Shown here: positions 60,901 through 64,000 of the stretch, piece after piece | Position numbering within the stretch: position 1 is the first letter of the stretch | Layout: every line of letters starts with the position of its first letter | NCBI RefSeq assembly: GCF_902713615.1 | Contig: NC_052163.1 | Span: 100,184,622-100,248,621 of the forward strand | From: Scyliorhinus canicula | Taxonomy: Eukaryota | Direction of reading: 5' to 3' | Length of the DNA stretch: 64,000 bases | Position numbers and translations under genes: made by a program | The notes under the pieces: model-generated | The model's input: only the letters and a program-made list of their open reading frames with translations | Database searches by the model: none | Told to the model about the DNA's origin: nothing

Positions 60901-61719
60901 TTCTCACTTGTCTAGAACCCTTGCGGCCAGTTATAGTGACCCACCTGAGATGGTGATGTGGGAAGAGAAAATCCTGCGTGTTTATATTGGGAAGTGTGAT
61001 TTTTTGATGTCTATGTTTCATTGTACGGTGCATTCAATATTAGTGTGATGACTCTGGTGCAATCTGTTGCTGCTCTTTTAGCAGTATTAACTCAACCTCC
61101 TTGGCCATAGGACCTTCTTGGCCATAGAAGAGCTGAGGAGGAACCTGGATTGTGACGTGCTAAAGGTGGCACATAAATGCATGTTGTCGGAACTTCAGTG
61201 GCAAACAGGCAAAAGATAGTGGCCGTTAAATGTGACTGTTCAATTCAAGAGACTGGAGATTTTTTTTATTGACGCAGTTTAGAAATAAGTTGTTTTCCCT
61301 TTTTGAAACTATTCTTTCAGCTGTAAAATTTGCATCTAAGAAACACTTGTTTCTGACATAAGCTAATAATTACCGTCAATTATGTGGCTGTGTTTAATTT
61401 TATACACATGGCCCTCATAAGTTTACATTTATACCCTTATCATAAACAAAATAGTTGCTTGTTTTGACTGTCGACATCAACATAAAGCAATGGCGGTTCT
61501 TCGAGGCTGTAAGTAGGTTGTAGGAGAATAAAGATTTGGCTCTCAATAACTGGGCCTTCTAGCTGCCTTACTGGGTATTTGCCAGAGAATTGCCAAACTA
61601 TGTCCACTGTTGATGGAATACTATGTATTTTGAACATCGGAAAGAGAGCTCATATTTTAGGGAAATTTATCTCCGCATAATTCACTAATAATTGGACAAT
61701 TTTCATGGCCATCTGCATT

Positions 61720-61738
61720 TCAGTATTCTCTCATGCTC
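61720..61738 (-). CDS. Putative terminal coding exon of an unidentified gene (R-SMREY*)
   Basis: Acceptor ttcttatttag|G; phase-compatible with 63325-63388; AATAAA (minus) at 61265-61270. Too short to be secure. Confidence 0.25.
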
Positions 61739-62189
61739 CTAAATAAGAATGTATTGGGCAGCGATGTTTGTTTAAAAGGAAGTTGAATGTCTGAATACAG
61801 CAATTAATCTCCACTGGAAGTCAGTGAAGGAGATTTGTATTTATACTTATCCAAAATATGAACTTTCCTATTCAGAATATAAGAATACCTGTCCTCACAT
61901 CTCCAGATAGGTATAACTCGGTTCCAGATACTAGGTTGTAATAGTAGTGATTGCATACGATGAAGGCCTCTGAGATGGCAGTTCAGAACTCCAATTATGA
62001 TAAGGTGCCAATGTCAGCATCCTCTACTGCTTGAAAGAGGTTGTTGCACTCCAAATTCAGGCTGCAAAAATTCATGTCTGTTTTAGTGTGCTCCCTGCTG
62101 TAACTGTTGATGTTGAAGCAGCTGGGACCTGGATACATTGGCTCCAGATATTATGTTGGAGAATGTGGATTGTCTTGCTTTTTAAAAAC

Positions 62190-62389
62190 ATTTTTAGATA
62201 CCCAATTCATTTTTTTTCAAATTAAGAGGCAATTTTAGTGTGGCCAATCCACCTATCCTGCACATCTTTGGGTTGTGGGGGCGAAACCCACGCAAACACG
62301 GGGAGAATATGCAAACTCCACACGGATAGTGACCCAGAGCCGGGATCGAACCTGGAACTTCGGCTAACCACTGCGCCTCCGCGCTGCCC
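62190..62389 (-). mobile_element. HE1/V-SINE, A-tailed form
   Basis: Reverse-complement consensus. Confidence 0.85.
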
Positions 62390-62752
62390 TGGATATCCTT
62401 GCTTGAGACAGAAGCTCTGCAGGAGTGCCGCTGAGAGTTGCCTATGTTGTGGCCCAGGCCTTTAAAGGGACCTGATATATGGATGGTAGAGTTTCCAGGA
62501 GCACCCACCTAGTATGAGTGAAAGTCAACAGTGATCATGGGCACAAGCAAGCAAGAGACATTGAGGCCTGGTCTAAAGTAGGCCCAACTCTAAAGGTGGT
62601 TGCAATGAGTTGTTAATGGTGTATTTTGGCAGCTTTGGACTGTTTTGATGCTGAAGTTCGGTGAAATCATAAAGTGAAACTTTGAAGTAAGTAGGTAAAT
62701 TGGTTATTGTGACATTAGAATAGAGACTATCAAGCATTGCTATATCAATAGT

Positions 62753-62940
62753 TTTCCTCCGGGTGCTCCGGTTTCCTCCCACAAGTCCTGAAAGACGTGC
62801 TTGTTAGGTGAATTGGACATTCTGAATTCTCCCTCGGTGTACCCGATCAGGTGCCGTAGTGTGACAACTGGAGGATTTTCACAGTAACTTCATTTCAGTG
62901 TTAATGTAAGCCTACTTGTGACACTAATAAAGATTATTAT
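62753..62940 (+). mobile_element. 5'-truncated V-SINE with the alternative (cctacttgtgacactaataaa) tail
   Basis: V-domain tttcctccgggtgctccggtttcctcccaca joined to the tail seen at 44.8 kb. Confidence 0.7.
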
Positions 62941-63324
62941 TAGATTGGACTTGATAGATCTATTCTGCACAAGCTGCAACTTCATTCAAGAACTCCATCC
63001 TCCACATACAGGATTTCAGGAATTTAAGCAAGTGAAATAGGCAATTTAAAATATAGAATAGGTGCTCTGATACCAGTGTGCATGCTTACCCAAATGAAAC
63101 CATGTTGCACTAGGGGCTGCTACAGTTAAATAAGTTAAACAGAAGGCACTGTGCTATTGCTTCCTGAGTCTGAATTGACCAGAAACATTTTGAAAGGGTA
63201 AACGTGGGGTGCTGTGTTCCTGGAGAATTCATCTAATGGCTCAACCCTATGCCCCTGGTCGCCCGACGTGTCCACCCACTGGCATGCCACCTTCCCGTTC
63301 CAATTGGGAAGCAAACAAGCTTAC

Positions 63325-63388
63325 CTGACTGGGTGGTTCTTGACTCTCCCGTCAACCTTTTTGCTCCATCTCGATACGTTTATAACTA
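63325..63388 (-). CDS. Putative internal exon of an unidentified gene (VINVSRWSKKVDGRVKNHPVR)
   Basis: Polypyrimidine acceptor ttcattttctttgaacatttttgctcag| and consensus donor CAG|gtaagc; 64 nt; only one open frame. Confidence 0.45.
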
Positions 63389-64000
63389 CTGAGCAAAAAT
63401 GTTCAAAGAAAATGAAATTTGTCTTTAATATCGCAATGGTTTTCCCCTGGCTGCTTGCAGCAATGTCCTGGAGATTAGTCTTCAATCTCCAGGGGACTAC
63501 AGGTTAAACTAAGTGGGTTAGCAACCATGCAAATCTTTGCCTCTCTGAAGGTGTTTCAGGTGATATGATAGGTAGGCCCGATTGTGCTTGGATGGCTCAG
63601 GGCAGGGAGGGAAGGTCAGGGGGTGAGATAGTCTAAATAGAAATCTGGATAGTTAATATTTAAGAGATAAAGATGCTAAATATGACAATTTTCTGAATTA
63701 TCTGATTTCAGCTCGAGGCCTGGTTAGTGGTCTCCGTTGCCTCCTTTGCTACCCTAGGATTTGGGAGTAATGCCAATGAAATCAGTTAATTTAGCTCCGA
63801 GCAGGGAACAAGCCTGGCTCATTCTTTGTTTACATGGCTCAGCATTAGCCGCATGAGACATATATCTTCAGGATCATTGTGAGATGTCTCCCTTTCCATT
63901 TGATCCTGACATTTTGTCAGTTGGAATCCCAACGGTAGGGGCCAGTTTTGCAACAAGTAAAGCAAGCTTCCAAAGCTCAGCCCTGCTGAATGTTGTCAGT

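Noticed and set aside
61440-61637. 65-aa minus-strand ORF as a coding exon
   Set aside because: No homology recognised; it falls in the putative 3' UTR of the convergent gene.
2546-62389. tRNA-like A/B-box sequences as tRNA genes
   Set aside because: All are SINE heads followed by V-domain or SINE bodies; no complete cloverleaf was seen.

Overview
This is repeat-rich vertebrate genomic DNA from a cartilaginous fish. The HE1/V-SINEs, CR1 tails and Penelope remnants point to a shark, probably a catshark (inference). Most of the ORF track is transposon debris or chance ORFs. Three spliced host genes were reconstructed by hand from GT-AG boundaries: POLE4 (minus; coding exons 9531-9737, 948-1032, 702-743; last exon not found), an intact 429-aa NIM1K-like AMPK-related kinase ending in a CaaX motif (plus; 17221-17506, 21559-21827, 30682-31416), and complete NDUFA11 (plus; 44330-44408, 49912-50004, 52902-53024, 60126-60238; 135 aa). 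The most interesting observation is a heavily decayed HMG-CoA synthase (HMGCS)-like fossil on the minus strand at about 32704-34091. It lies tail-to-tail with the kinase, as human NIM1K and HMGCS1 do at 5p12, which suggests a remnant genome-duplication (ohnolog) block. That alignment was done by eye against a remembered sequence and needs computational confirmation. Other items: Penelope-derived minimal hammerhead ribozyme motifs, a full-length L1 with TSD, SINE subfamilies that appear to use different LINE partners, hAT and Harbinger-type MITEs, a solo LTR, a duplicated CRE module in the NDUFA11 promoter, and the possible 3' end of an unidentified convergent gene. No CRISPR, rRNA or genuine tRNA genes were found. 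Repeat boundaries without a stated TSD are approximate.
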